Origin: Flavobacteriaceae bacterium
GTDB taxonomy: Bacteria > Bacteroidota > Bacteroidia > Flavobacteriales > Flavobacteriaceae
Assembly (NCBI GenBank): GCA_041392205.1
Contig: JAWKMO010000002.1
Coordinates: forward strand, 273,641 to 337,640
Direction of reading: 5' to 3'
DNA length: 64,000 bases
Shown: positions 37,759-48,363 of the stretch, piece after piece
Layout of the letters: the number at the start of each line of letters is the position of its first letter
How positions within the stretch are numbered: position 1 is the stretch's first letter
Made by a program: the position numbers and the translations under genes
The notes under the pieces: generated by a model
Databases searched by the model: none
What the model saw: only the letters and a program-made list of their open reading frames with translations
Told to the model about the DNA's origin: nothing

Positions 37759-39384
37759 TTATTTTATCAATATGGATTTACTGTAATGCTGTCCACCAAA
37801 ACTAATGCGATAAATATACTGTCCATAACTTAATCGGGTTGCGGCTTTTTCCTTGATGTCAATACTATTTCGCCCAGCAAGGAATAGTTGGTTGGCAAGT
37901 GTTGCTATTTCTTTTCCTACCAAATCATATAATTTGATTACCCCATGAGAGGGGTGTGGAACATTCATTTCTATATATACCGAATTATTTTTATACACAG
38001 GAACGTGTGTAAATCGCGTTACATTACTGAAATCATTATTCGATAATACCTGACATTCAAAACCAAGATCCAAATTTTGATAGGTTTGATTTAATAAAAT
38101 TGTATTGACTACTGAAGAATCTAAACAAAACCAGTTGGTAAGTACAGTAGAATAGACATCTCTAAAATCGGAAGTTGGGATTAAATTATCATTGGCATCC
38201 CATTCATTAATATTGGGGTGTTCTCCTACAAAACCACTTCCGTTTAGCCCGGCACCAAATAACATTACCGGTGAGGCAGCTCCGTGGTCGGTGCCTTCAG
38301 AGCCATTTTCGTAAGGTCTTCTTCCAAATTCTGAAATGGTCATTCCCAATACTTTATCATCCATCCCGGAAACTGCTAAATCTTCATAAAATGCTTTAAT
38401 GGAAGTAGCTAAGTCCTGTAATAACGCTTGATGTGCGTCGGGTTGGTTGGCGTGGGTATCAAAACTTCCTAAAGAAACCATATATACTTTGGTGCCCAAA
38501 CCGCCTTTAATAAGTCTTGCAACAGCAGCTAATTGTGCAGCTAAATCACCTTCGCCATAATTGGCATTGTTGGAAGCAGTGGTATAGGCCTCGTGTATGA
38601 TTTGTGCATAAAGAAAGGTGGTATTGGCGGTAGCTCTCATAAATAGCAATTTGTCTCCATAAACACAATCGGGAACATTCACCACATCATGAAGGGTTCC
38701 GTTTTCAGCTACATTCTGTAATTGTTCAATATTGGCTACGGTAAAAGCGTAATTGTTATTGTTTCCTTCAAAAATAAGATTCCCCACATTTCCTACTTGG
38801 ACGGCTGGCGGAATTTCGGGGGGATTTATGAGGTAATCGGGATAGAGATCTTCAAAATACCTACCCCACCAACCCGTGGGTTCAACGTAGGTATCTGCTG
38901 TAGAGGCCCATATATCGGTAGAGCGAAAATGCGATAAATTTTGTTGCGGATATCCTACTCCATGCACCACTTTCATGTGGCCATTGCCCCAAACCGATTC
39001 GAGAGCATTCATATAATTTGGGATGGCGAAATCGGCATTGAGATTTAATAAATCACTTTGTTGGTGCCGTATGGTAGGACGAAGATTGGCATACGAAGCA
39101 TAATCGTATACGGGAACTATGGTATTTAATCCATCATTTCCACCTTCCAATCTAATAATAACCAAAATGTTATCATTTTCACTGTTAGCCAATGCAACCG
39201 ATAGTGGAGAGGGTTTTGAAGCAGAAACCGTATGGCTCCCCAGCATCATGGTTCCGCCACCCACGAGCCCTAATGCTTGAATAAAAGACCTTCTATTCCA
39301 CAAAAGGTGTTCTTGGTCATGAACGGTTTGTTCTTTTTTTTCGTTTTTTTCTTTGTTTCGAAATAGGGGATGAGGGTGACACAT
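37759..39384 (-). CDS. DUF1501 domain protein with twin-arginine motif and C-terminal T9SS sorting domain (start at MCHPHP…)
   Basis: WNRRSFIQALGLVGGG Tat-like motif; DUF1501 body; C-terminal …VIKLYDLVGKEIATL…GQYIYRISFGGQHYSKSILIK is a T9SS CTD. Confidence 0.65.
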   Translation of the reverse strand: MCHPHPLFRNKEKNEKKEQTVHDQEHLLWNRRSFIQALGLVGGGTMMLGSHTVSASKPSPLSVALANSENDNILVIIRLEGGNDGLNTIVPVYDYASYANLRPTIRHQQSDLLNLNADFAIPNYMNALESVWGNGHMKVVHGVGYPQQNLSHFRSTDIWASTADTYVEPTGWWGRYFEDLYPDYLINPPEIPPAVQVGNVGNLIFEGNNNNYAFTVANIEQLQNVAENGTLHDVVNVPDCVYGDKLLFMRATANTTFLYAQIIHEAYTTASNNANYGEGDLAAQLAAVARLIKGGLGTKVYMVSLGSFDTHANQPDAHQALLQDLATSIKAFYEDLAVSGMDDKVLGMTISEFGRRPYENGSEGTDHGAASPVMLFGAGLNGSGFVGEHPNINEWDANDNLIPTSDFRDVYSTVLTNWFCLDSSVVNTILLNQTYQNLDLGFECQVLSNNDFSNVTRFTHVPVYKNNSVYIEMNVPHPSHGVIKLYDLVGKEIATLANQLFLAGRNSIDIKEKAATRLSYGQYIYRISFGGQHYSKSILIK

Positions 39385-39389
39385 AGCAG

Positions 39390-40859
39390 TTATTTTAATT
39401 GAAATTCGGGGATTGTGGCAAGATGCACTAACAGTAAATAGACTTGATAGGGAGCCGATTCCCAATCAAGATTCCAAAGGCCTTCGTCATAGTAGTTTTG
39501 AGGGACTTCCCATTTAAAAATATCGGTAGCAATATCATAATCGCTTGGCGTGTACAATTCTTTGCAATTAAAATAATCTACTATCACACGGGTAATGTAT
39601 TCCGGGTCAATGCTATTATTACTTAAATCTCTGGCAAATTCCCTAAAGGTTTCTTCCTGGCCATTTCCTAGTAGTGTACCCAAATAGGCTTGAAATAATT
39701 GCCACCTTCCTGTAAGTGTAGAAGTGCTTATCCAGTCTTCATCCCGTTGCCAGCCAGCTACGTTGGGGGGATTGTAAATATTTTGCCCCAAGGTCCCCGC
39801 AAAATAGATAAAGGCCTCCATCAATTCATCGTTGTACGGAAATTCACTCTCATTGACAAAATTGAAAATTAAATCGAAGGGACTTTTTATGACAACTCCT
39901 GTAGCTCTTTCGTCAAAAAAATGTTCGCTTTTAAAAAGCTGTTTTAAGACGGGTACTAGCTCAAAATTATTAGATATAAATGTTTGGGATAATGGCGTAA
40001 TAATATTTGTTTCAATAGTTGCGTCTACATCGGGACTCACAAAATATTGATATAATTTTCGGCAAATGTAGGGTGCAATTAAATCTCCTTTTTCCTGAAA
40101 GAGAAGATCAATTACCTCCTCGTAGCCCCAATTACCCGTTTGTCCAAAGATGGTTTTATTACCATCCAAAAAAGTACTGTTATCAAAATAGATAGTACCG
40201 CCGGGCTCTGTCATGTGATTGTATCCGGTGAGCGCTTTTGAGGTTTCTACAATGTCAACTTCGGTATAACCATTGCCTTCACCTAATGTAAATAATTCAT
40301 ATAATTCTCTTGCGTAATTTTCATTAGGGTTTACATTGGTATTTTCAAAACCGTTTAAATACAATAGCATGGCCGGGTTGATACCCACAGCGTTCACAAA
40401 ATCCTTAAAATTTCCCAGCGCATAGGTTTCGCAAACGTTGTAATATTGAAATAAATACGGCGCATAGAAATAAGTTTCCAGTTCGGTCACAAAATGATTG
40501 ACCCAAAATTCGGTTAATCGACCTCGAAGTACTTCAGAAATGAAATTATTTCCAGTTTCAATTCGCCAATCCAAAATAAATTGCCCATTTTCTTCTTCAA
40601 AATTTCCAAAATCACTTACGGCAAAATACCCCCAAAAAGGGGCAGGAGTTGCTGGTAGATTGAAAGCAGTATCCACTATACTGTCAATCAAATCCCCGGG
40701 ACTTAAGGAAAGTCCTATATCCACAGTACTTTGTGAAGCTCCGTAGCCCAATCTGCGATACACATGCTGTACTTTTGCAAAGGTCCACGGATTAGGCCCT
40801 GAAGGAACATAAGGAGTTAAGGTAGAAGTATTACAAGAAAGTAGGGTTTCCATAGGCAA
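39390..40859 (-). CDS. DUF1800 family protein (partner of DUF1501)
   Basis: 489 aa; DUF1800-type conserved blocks; conserved DUF1800-DUF1501 gene pair. Confidence 0.65.
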   Translation of the reverse strand: MPMETLLSCNTSTLTPYVPSGPNPWTFAKVQHVYRRLGYGASQSTVDIGLSLSPGDLIDSIVDTAFNLPATPAPFWGYFAVSDFGNFEEENGQFILDWRIETGNNFISEVLRGRLTEFWVNHFVTELETYFYAPYLFQYYNVCETYALGNFKDFVNAVGINPAMLLYLNGFENTNVNPNENYARELYELFTLGEGNGYTEVDIVETSKALTGYNHMTEPGGTIYFDNSTFLDGNKTIFGQTGNWGYEEVIDLLFQEKGDLIAPYICRKLYQYFVSPDVDATIETNIITPLSQTFISNNFELVPVLKQLFKSEHFFDERATGVVIKSPFDLIFNFVNESEFPYNDELMEAFIYFAGTLGQNIYNPPNVAGWQRDEDWISTSTLTGRWQLFQAYLGTLLGNGQEETFREFARDLSNNSIDPEYITRVIVDYFNCKELYTPSDYDIATDIFKWEVPQNYYDEGLWNLDWESAPYQVYLLLVHLATIPEFQLK

Positions 40860-40964
40860 AAGAATGAATTAGAGGCAATTAAAAATAACTAATTTTTTGC
40901 ATATTCATAAATAAGACAAAACTTTAACAAAAAAGTTTAATTTTATCTACACAGAATTCCTCTT

Positions 40965-41882
40965 ATGCAAATCCCAACCTATTTAAAACACGGCGACACT
41001 GTTGCCGTTGTTTCCACCGCTCGAAAAATTACCGAAACCGAACTGCAACCTGCTTTGAACGTACTGAAATCTTGGGGACTCAACTATATTTTAGGCAAAA
41101 CCATTGGCGCCGAAAGCCACCAGTTTGCAGGTGACGATGCCTTACGTGCAGCCGATTTTCAAGAAATGCTGAATGCCCCAGGGGTAAAGGCTATTTGGTG
41201 TGCTCGAGGAGGGTACGGAACGGTTCGGATGATCGATTTATTAGATTTTTCAAATTTTCTGAAGCATCCCAAATGGATTGTAGGCTATAGTGATATTACC
41301 GTGTTACACAACCACCTTCATCAACTAGGAATAGCCACGCTGCACGCACAGATGTGTTTGGAACTAGAAAATAAATCGGAAGCCACCCGCGAGACGTTAC
41401 AAAAAGCCCTTTTTGGAGAACCTTATACCATTGAATATCCTTCAAACCATTCTTTAAATCGAAAAGGCGAAGCCAAAGCACAATTGGTAGGCGGAAATCT
41501 CTCTATTTTATATTCGTTGTGTGGAAGTCCTTCGGCATTGAATACTAAGGGTAAAATCTTGTTTTTGGAAGATCTGGACGAACACCTCTACCACATAGAC
41601 CGTATGATGCAAAACCTAAAACGCAACGGAATGTTGAAAGACTTGGCAGGACTCATTGTAGGAGGCATGAGCGATATGAAGGACCACACCCAAGCACACG
41701 GATTTGCCACCGATAGACCCTTTGGCAAAACTGCTGAAGAAATAATTTATGATGCGGTGAAGGAATATAACTATCCGGTTTGTTTCGGTTTTCCGGCGGG
41801 GCATATATGGGATAATCGAGCAATAATCATGGGTAAAGAAGTACTATTTTTTATTTCTGAACAAATAAAAGTTCAATTTTAA
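40965..41882 (+). CDS. ldcA: LD-carboxypeptidase (peptidase S66)
   Basis: 305 aa; S66 family blocks incl. …IWCARGGYG… and C-terminal His/Glu region. Confidence 0.75.
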   Translation: MQIPTYLKHGDTVAVVSTARKITETELQPALNVLKSWGLNYILGKTIGAESHQFAGDDALRAADFQEMLNAPGVKAIWCARGGYGTVRMIDLLDFSNFLKHPKWIVGYSDITVLHNHLHQLGIATLHAQMCLELENKSEATRETLQKALFGEPYTIEYPSNHSLNRKGEAKAQLVGGNLSILYSLCGSPSALNTKGKILFLEDLDEHLYHIDRMMQNLKRNGMLKDLAGLIVGGMSDMKDHTQAHGFATDRPFGKTAEEIIYDAVKEYNYPVCFGFPAGHIWDNRAIIMGKEVLFFISEQIKVQF

Positions 41883-42244
41883 TGGCCTACCACAACGAAT
41901 TGGGAAAACTCGGCGAGGAACTTGCAGCAGCCTATCTGCTTCGGGAAGGCTATGCCATTTTGGAGCGTAATTTTGTGTTCGACAAAGCCGAGATAGACAT
42001 TATTGCCCAAAAGGAAGAAGGCGTTATTGTGGTAGTTGAGGTAAAAACCCGCAATAGTGCAGCCTTTGGCAATCCGCAGGAATTTGTGTCTAAAAGCAAA
42101 ATAAAATTATTGGTAAAAGCGGCAGACGAATACGTTGTGTCCCGAAAATTAAATGTGGAAGTGCGCTTCGATATTATTGCGGTACTTAAAAACAAAAAGG
42201 AAGAGCGCATTGAGCATTTCCCCAATGCGTTTTATCATTTTTAA
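41882..42244 (+). CDS. YraN family endonuclease (UPF0102)
   Basis: 120 aa; GEELAAAYLLREGYAILERNF…EIDIIA…VVVEVKTR typical YraN. Confidence 0.75.
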   Translation: MAYHNELGKLGEELAAAYLLREGYAILERNFVFDKAEIDIIAQKEEGVIVVVEVKTRNSAAFGNPQEFVSKSKIKLLVKAADEYVVSRKLNVEVRFDIIAVLKNKKEERIEHFPNAFYHF

Positions 42245-42335
42245 TTCCCGCTTTTACAGAAATCTTGGTTTCATTGTACCCAAAACTACTTTTTTTTAAT
42301 ACCATACCCGTATTTTTGTATCGAAACCATTAGGG

Positions 42336-43457
42336 ATGGATGCCGCATTTAGTTTTATAGACATTGTCATTTTTGTAGGGATTTGCCAAGGAATCTTTCT
42401 TTCGCTTACCCTACAACGCATTGCAAATAATAACAAAAGAGCTAATACCATATTGTGTTGGCTTATTATTTTATCGGCATTTATGTTGATAGGGCGGTTT
42501 TTAATGCTTCGGTTTTTCTCACCTTGGGTCTTTATGTACTCCTTGTTTTTTGATGTGACACTGTTCCTCTTTGGGCCACTATTTTTTTTGTATGTAACGC
42601 GCTTATTGGTAAAAGATACTTTTACTATTTCCAAACTTCACTTTCTGCCAGCTCTTTTGTTTTGGGGATTAACAGCATATTATTTTATAAGCTACACCTC
42701 CGAAACCTATTTTCAGGCGTATCGAGAAGGGAAACTTTCACTTATGTTTAATACAATTATTGTTTTAGGGATTACTTCAAATGGGTATTATTTGTGGAAG
42801 TCGTTTCAGGTATTATTTCAGTTTAAAAAAACGGAAAAGCAAACCTTTTCTTTTCAACAAAATCCTGTAAAATATCTTACTTTTTTTCTGTTCTCCATTG
42901 CCGTAATTTTAGGGGCTTGGGCAATAAGTTATGCCAATGCCACCTTCTTTAATCGCTATTTTGAATATATTAGTTACGACATTATTTGGGCAGTGATACC
43001 TGTATTTATTTATGTGATAGGCTATTTCAGTTTAAAGCAGCCCGAGCTTTTTCGCATACCTGAAGAGAAGCAAAAAACCACCCATAAAAAAGAACGTCTC
43101 CCCGAAGCCGAGGCACAATTACTTCAAAAGAAATTGGATAGCTTGATGATAAACGAAAAGGTGTTTTTGCAAAACGATTTAACCCTCACGGATGTGGCCG
43201 AAATGTTACAAACAAGTTCAAATAACCTTTCCTGGTTGCTCAATCAAGTGTATAAAACCACTTTTTACGATTTTATCAATCAGTATCGGGTGCAGGAATT
43301 CATCAAAAAAGTGGAAAATCAAGAACATTTAAAACATACCATTTTGGCGCTTTCTATGGATGTGGGCTTTAATTCCAAATCTACTTTTAACAAAGCCTTC
43401 AAAGATGCGATGAAGGATACCCCTAGTAATTACATAAAAAAGAAGCAAGCCGCCTAA
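42336..43457 (+). CDS. Membrane-anchored AraC-family transcriptional regulator
   Basis: 373 aa; ~6 N-terminal TM helices; C-terminal HTH_AraC (…LTDVAEMLQTSSNNLSWLL…ILALSMDVGFNSKSTFNKAFK…). Confidence 0.65.
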   Translation: MDAAFSFIDIVIFVGICQGIFLSLTLQRIANNNKRANTILCWLIILSAFMLIGRFLMLRFFSPWVFMYSLFFDVTLFLFGPLFFLYVTRLLVKDTFTISKLHFLPALLFWGLTAYYFISYTSETYFQAYREGKLSLMFNTIIVLGITSNGYYLWKSFQVLFQFKKTEKQTFSFQQNPVKYLTFFLFSIAVILGAWAISYANATFFNRYFEYISYDIIWAVIPVFIYVIGYFSLKQPELFRIPEEKQKTTHKKERLPEAEAQLLQKKLDSLMINEKVFLQNDLTLTDVAEMLQTSSNNLSWLLNQVYKTTFYDFINQYRVQEFIKKVENQEHLKHTILALSMDVGFNSKSTFNKAFKDAMKDTPSNYIKKKQAA

Positions 43458-43536
43458 GTTTAGGTTCGGTTGTATGCAAACGGTCGATAATAAGTTTTTC
43501 TGAAAGTAGGTTTGCCTAAAACTTTAAACTTTTAGA

Positions 43537-44655
43537 ATGATGAAAAACCTTTTCTTTTTTACAACAGCCTTTTTAATAGGACAATTCTTTTTACTTGCGC
43601 AAACAGTCACCACCTTTACCGAAGGAACCCCAGACGACGGCATTGCTTTAGATAGTAATGGAAATATTTATTGCTCCAATTATACGGGAGATACGGTGTT
43701 TAAATTTACACCCACAGGCGAAATGACCCCTTTTATCACAGGTTTAAACACCCCCAACGGATTGGCGTTTAATTCTAACCAAGAATTGTACGTGTGTGAT
43801 GGACAGGGGAACACCATTTATAAATATGATATTGATGGAAACTTATTAAATTCTTACCCAATTGCAGGACATCCTTCCGGGATTGTAAAATCGATAGATG
43901 ATGAATCTATGATTTTTACACTCTATCAAGGAAATGCTGTAAAAAAACTAGCTGCCGACGGTTCCATTACCGATGTTTCTACAGCCGCAGAATTAAGTGG
44001 CCCCGTAGGGATTGTGTATGATGCTACTGGAAATTTATATGTTGGAAATTATAACAATCGAATCATTTACAAAGTGCTGGGCAATGGCGATTTAGAATAT
44101 ATTGCTCAACTCCCTACCCAAGGAGGGAGTTTCCCAAATTTAGGTTTTATTTCCTATGGGCAAGGAAAACTTTGGGGCACCGTGATGAGTAACCATAAAA
44201 TCTATGCAATCAATCCCAACAGTGTGGACGATTACCAAATTTATGCAGGAAGTACTCAAGGAAATGAGGATGGGGACATTGCAACAGCCACTTTTAATGT
44301 CCCTAATGGGATTTATTTTGAGGAAACCGAAGGGACTTTATATGTCACTGATTTTGGCAGCAAAAATTTGCGAATCATTTCAGGGGTAAGTTTGGGAAAC
44401 GATGAATTTAAGAAGGAAATCACTTCTTTTTATATACTTCCCAATCCTGCTGAAAATACTTTTGAAATTCAGTTTCAAAATGACCTATTCTCAAAAGTGG
44501 ATGTAAAAATATATGATGAACTTGGGAAACTTGTCCTTGAAAAAAGGAACCATACAACTGCTGAAAAAATTGATATTTCCACTTTGAAGAGAGGAGTTTA
44601 CCTTATAGAAATAACCACTGAAAAAGGCAAATTTTGTAAAAAATTGGTGAAATAA
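43537..44655 (+). CDS. T9SS-secreted beta-propeller (NHL/SMP-30-like) protein
   Basis: 372 aa; signal peptide; NHL-like repeats (…NTPNGLAFNSNQELYVCD…); C-terminal T9SS CTD FYILPNPAENTFEIQFQ…GVYLIEITTEKGKFCKKLVK. Confidence 0.6.
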   Translation: MMKNLFFFTTAFLIGQFFLLAQTVTTFTEGTPDDGIALDSNGNIYCSNYTGDTVFKFTPTGEMTPFITGLNTPNGLAFNSNQELYVCDGQGNTIYKYDIDGNLLNSYPIAGHPSGIVKSIDDESMIFTLYQGNAVKKLAADGSITDVSTAAELSGPVGIVYDATGNLYVGNYNNRIIYKVLGNGDLEYIAQLPTQGGSFPNLGFISYGQGKLWGTVMSNHKIYAINPNSVDDYQIYAGSTQGNEDGDIATATFNVPNGIYFEETEGTLYVTDFGSKNLRIISGVSLGNDEFKKEITSFYILPNPAENTFEIQFQNDLFSKVDVKIYDELGKLVLEKRNHTTAEKIDISTLKRGVYLIEITTEKGKFCKKLVK

Positions 44656-44666
44656 CATACCTTATT

Positions 44667-44740
44667 TTGTCTGGTTGAGTGCAGTCGAGCCTTATAACGT
44701 AGTTTGGAATAGATAGTTCTTGATTGCGCTCGAACCGACA
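44667..44740. repeat. Imperfect palindromic intergenic element (REP-like), copy 2
   Basis: ttgtctggttgagtgcagtcgagcc … cttgattgcgctcgaaccgaca; arms similar to element at 2578-2650. Confidence 0.45.
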
Positions 44741-44745
44741 ACACC

Positions 44746-44880
44746 TTATTTTTCATTCTTTTTAAACAGAAAACCCAATGGTAACCAAATAAGGAAAAAG
44801 AAAAATTTTCCTGTAACCAATCCCACAATGGTTATAATGGCAGCAATAATCATTAAAATATAACGCCACTTTATCTCCAT
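44746..44880 (-). CDS. Possible 44-aa small membrane protein downstream of mfd
   Basis: MEIKWRYILMIIAAIITIVGLVTGKFFFFLIWLPLGFLFKKNEK; single TM; 12 nt after mfd stop; below ORF-track size cutoff. Confidence 0.3.
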   Translation of the reverse strand: MEIKWRYILMIIAAIITIVGLVTGKFFFFLIWLPLGFLFKKNEK

Positions 44881-44892
44881 AACAGTTACTTT

Positions 44893-47800
44893 TTATGAAA
44901 AACTTTCTAAAGCCTTTAATGCTTTATTTATCGAAGAAACCCCTTCGATAGTTAACAATAAGCGTAAGCCATTTCGGGTTTGTTTTTCCTTCATTTTAAC
45001 TTGTTGTGGATTTTGCTGCACAAACTGAAGCACTTTTCCAAAAGCAGAACTCTGGTAAAAACTGCTTTGTTGATCGCTAATAAAATATCCTACTAAACGT
45101 TTTTTCTTCATCACCACTCGTTCTAAGCCCATTTGTAAGGCAATCCATTTGATCCGAACACTATTTAACAAGTCCACAGCGGGTTTTGGTAATTCTCCAA
45201 AACGATCGACCAATTGAGTTTCAAATTTTTGAAGTTCCGCTTCGGTTTTTAGTTCGTTAAGTTGGGTGTAGAGATTGAGCCTTTCGGTAATATTATTTAC
45301 ATAATCATCGGGGAACAACAAGGTGAAATCGGTATCAATTACGGTTTCTTTAATAAATTCCTTTTTCTCATGTTGCGTTCCGGCATACAATTCCTTAAAT
45401 TCTTTCTCCTTTAATTCATCAATGGCTTCTGCAAGAATTTTTTGATAGGTTTCAAAGCCAATTTCGTTAATAAATCCGCTTTGCTCACCGCCCAATAAAT
45501 CACCTGCACCTCGTATTTCCAAATCTTTCATGGCAATCTGAAAGCCACTTCCCAGCTCGGTAAATTGTTCCAAGGCCGTAATTCGTTTTCGGGCGTCGTC
45601 CGTCATCGCACTATATTCTGGAGTAATAAAATAACAGAAGGCTTTTTTATTGCTTCGCCCTACGCGACCACGCATTTGGTGCAAGTCGCTTAATCCAAAA
45701 TTATTGGCATTATTGATAAATATGGTGTTGGCGTTGGAAACATCCAAACCACTTTCAATAATAGTGGTGGAAACTAAGACATCAAATCCATTATTCATAA
45801 ACCGAAGCATCACATCTTCAAGTTTTTTTCCATCCATTTGCCCGTGGCCTATTCCAATTTTGGCATCAGGCACTAACCGCTGAATCATCCCTGCCACTTC
45901 CTTAATATTTTCAATGCGATTATGGACAAAAAATACTTGTCCGCCACGCGAAATTTCATATCGAATAGCATCGCGAATGGTTTCTTCTGAAAAACGAATT
46001 ACCTGCGTTTCTATAGGATAGCGATTGGGCGGAGGGGTAGTAATTACCGATAAATCCCTTGCAGCCATTAAACTAAACTGAAGCGTTCGCGGGATAGGAG
46101 TAGCGGTAAGCGTAAGGGTGTCGACGTCTTCTTTAAGGGTTTTTAACTTGTCTTTTACCGCCACACCAAACTTTTGTTCTTCATCAATAATCAACAATCC
46201 CAAGTCTTTAAACTGCACCGATTTATTCACCAATTGATGTGTTCCAATAACAATGTCTAATTTTCCGTTTTCCAGTCCTTCTAGCACTTCCTTGCGTTCT
46301 TTGGCGCTTCGGAAACGGTTGAGGTAATCTACTTTTACAGGCATATTGGCAAGTCTTTCAGAGAAGGTTTTAAAATGCTGAAAAGCCAAAATGGTGGTGG
46401 GCACCAAAACAGCCACTTGTTTGCCATTGTCTACCGCTTTAAATGCCGCTCTTATAGCGACTTCGGTTTTTCCAAAACCTACGTCGCCACACACCAAACG
46501 ATCCATAGGAAGTTCGCTTTCCATATCGCGTTTTACGTCTTCGGTTGCAGTCATTTGGTCGGGGGTATCTTCATAAATAAAAGAAGATTCCAGTTCGTGT
46601 TGTAAATACGAGTCGGGGGCAAAAGCAAATCCTTTTTGAAGTCTTCGTTTTGCGTATAATTCAATAAGGTTGAATGCAATTTCCTTAACTCGGGTCTTGG
46701 TTTTTTGTTTTAAGGCTTTCCAAGCTGTGCTCCCCAGTTTGTAAATTTTGGGAACAGTTCCGTCCTTGCCATTAAATTTGGAAATTTTGTGAAGCGAATG
46801 AATGCTGAGGTACAAAATATCGCGATCGCCATAAATTAATTTTATGGCTTCTTGCATTTTTCCTTCCACATCAATTTTTTGAAGCCCACCAAATTTCCCA
46901 ATTCCGTGATCGATATGGGTTACATAATCGCCAATTTCCAGCGAGGTTAATTCTTTTAAAGTAATGGCTTGTTTTTTGGCGTAACCGTTTTTCAGTTGGA
47001 ATTTGTGGTAACGTTCAAAGATTTGATGATCGGTATAACAAATCAGCTTTTGGTCGTCATCTCTAAATCCTTGGTATAAGGGAAAAACAACCGTTTCAAA
47101 TTGTTCGACATGTTGATGGGCATCTTCAAAAATATCGTGAAAGCGTTTGGCTTGAGCTTCACTACTACAAAAAATATAGTTAACATATCCTTTTGCAGTA
47201 TGCTCGTTAAGGTGATCTATTAACAAATTAAATTGCTTGTTAAAAGAGGGTTGTGGTGTACAATTGAAAGAAATGGAAGCCCCCCCACTCAATCCTTCTA
47301 GCGTTGGAGAAGCACTGTCACGAATAAGTACTTGAGGGAATGTTTTCAATTGTTCCTTCAGCAACTCACTTGTTACAAAAAGAGCCGAAGGCTCACTAAA
47401 TTTTACTTCGGTTTTAATTTCTGAAAAAGCCTCCGTCGCTTTCTTGAAAAGGAGGTCTATACTTTGGGTAAGTAGGGCTTCATTTTTCAGAAAAACCACG
47501 GTCTTAGAGGCGATATATTCCAAAAAACTCATGCGGCTGCTAAGCATGGTTGAAGCATCAACATTTGGAATAATAGCTATCTTTTTATGTTGTTGAAGGG
47601 AAAGTTGTGTTTCCACATCAAAGGTTCGGATGCTTTCAATTTCGTCCCCAAAAAACTCAATGCGATAGGGTTCATCATGGCTAAAAGAAAATACATCCAA
47701 AATTCCTCCCCGTACTGAAAACTCGCCGGGTTCGGTTACAAAATCGGTGCGTTTAAAATGATATTCAAACAATACTTCATTTACAAAATCGATGGAAAGC

Positions 47801-48249
47801 TCTTCGCCCACATGTATTTTTAAAGTGTTGCGTTCCAATTCTTTTCGGGTAACTACTTTTTCAAAAAGGGCTTCTGGATAGGTAACAATAAGGGCTGGTT
47901 TTTTTTGAGAATTAATACGGTTAAGAACCTCACTTCTAAGGAGTACATTGGCATTATCGGTTTCTTCAATTTGATAAGGTCGCCGGTAACTTCCCGGATA
48001 GAAAAGCACCGTGTCATTTCCTAACAAATTTTCCAAGTCGTTTAAATGGTAGGCCGCTTCTTCTTTATCGTTAAAAATAATGAGAAATGGGCGTTCGGCA
48101 GTTTTAAAAACAGTAGCAATAACTACTGAAAGAGACGAACCAGCAAGGCCGTTTAACGGGACTCTATTTTGGGTTTGGAAAATAGCTTCATGCAGTTTTC
48201 GAGTTTTCGAAGACTGTGTAAAAAGAGAGGAAACCAAGGTTTTGCTCAT
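44893..48249 (-). CDS. mfd: Transcription-repair coupling factor
   Basis: 1118 aa; UvrB-homology N-term, RNAP-interaction domain, DEAD/DEAH helicase motifs (GDVGFGKTEVA, DEEQ, TATPIPRTL), TRCF C-terminal domain. Confidence 0.92.
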   Translation of the reverse strand: MSKTLVSSLFTQSSKTRKLHEAIFQTQNRVPLNGLAGSSLSVVIATVFKTAERPFLIIFNDKEEAAYHLNDLENLLGNDTVLFYPGSYRRPYQIEETDNANVLLRSEVLNRINSQKKPALIVTYPEALFEKVVTRKELERNTLKIHVGEELSIDFVNEVLFEYHFKRTDFVTEPGEFSVRGGILDVFSFSHDEPYRIEFFGDEIESIRTFDVETQLSLQQHKKIAIIPNVDASTMLSSRMSFLEYIASKTVVFLKNEALLTQSIDLLFKKATEAFSEIKTEVKFSEPSALFVTSELLKEQLKTFPQVLIRDSASPTLEGLSGGASISFNCTPQPSFNKQFNLLIDHLNEHTAKGYVNYIFCSSEAQAKRFHDIFEDAHQHVEQFETVVFPLYQGFRDDDQKLICYTDHQIFERYHKFQLKNGYAKKQAITLKELTSLEIGDYVTHIDHGIGKFGGLQKIDVEGKMQEAIKLIYGDRDILYLSIHSLHKISKFNGKDGTVPKIYKLGSTAWKALKQKTKTRVKEIAFNLIELYAKRRLQKGFAFAPDSYLQHELESSFIYEDTPDQMTATEDVKRDMESELPMDRLVCGDVGFGKTEVAIRAAFKAVDNGKQVAVLVPTTILAFQHFKTFSERLANMPVKVDYLNRFRSAKERKEVLEGLENGKLDIVIGTHQLVNKSVQFKDLGLLIIDEEQKFGVAVKDKLKTLKEDVDTLTLTATPIPRTLQFSLMAARDLSVITTPPPNRYPIETQVIRFSEETIRDAIRYEISRGGQVFFVHNRIENIKEVAGMIQRLVPDAKIGIGHGQMDGKKLEDVMLRFMNNGFDVLVSTTIIESGLDVSNANTIFINNANNFGLSDLHQMRGRVGRSNKKAFCYFITPEYSAMTDDARKRITALEQFTELGSGFQIAMKDLEIRGAGDLLGGEQSGFINEIGFETYQKILAEAIDELKEKEFKELYAGTQHEKKEFIKETVIDTDFTLLFPDDYVNNITERLNLYTQLNELKTEAELQKFETQLVDRFGELPKPAVDLLNSVRIKWIALQMGLERVVMKKKRLVGYFISDQQSSFYQSSAFGKVLQFVQQNPQQVKMKEKQTRNGLRLLLTIEGVSSINKALKALESFS

Positions 48250-48363
48250 TGCTGGCGTAAAGATAGGAAACCCAATGTATGAGAAAAAAACTTACGGTTA
48301 TTTTTATAAAAATTTTCAGTAAAAAGAATAACAAACTTTATATTTGCATCATAAATTAAAACT

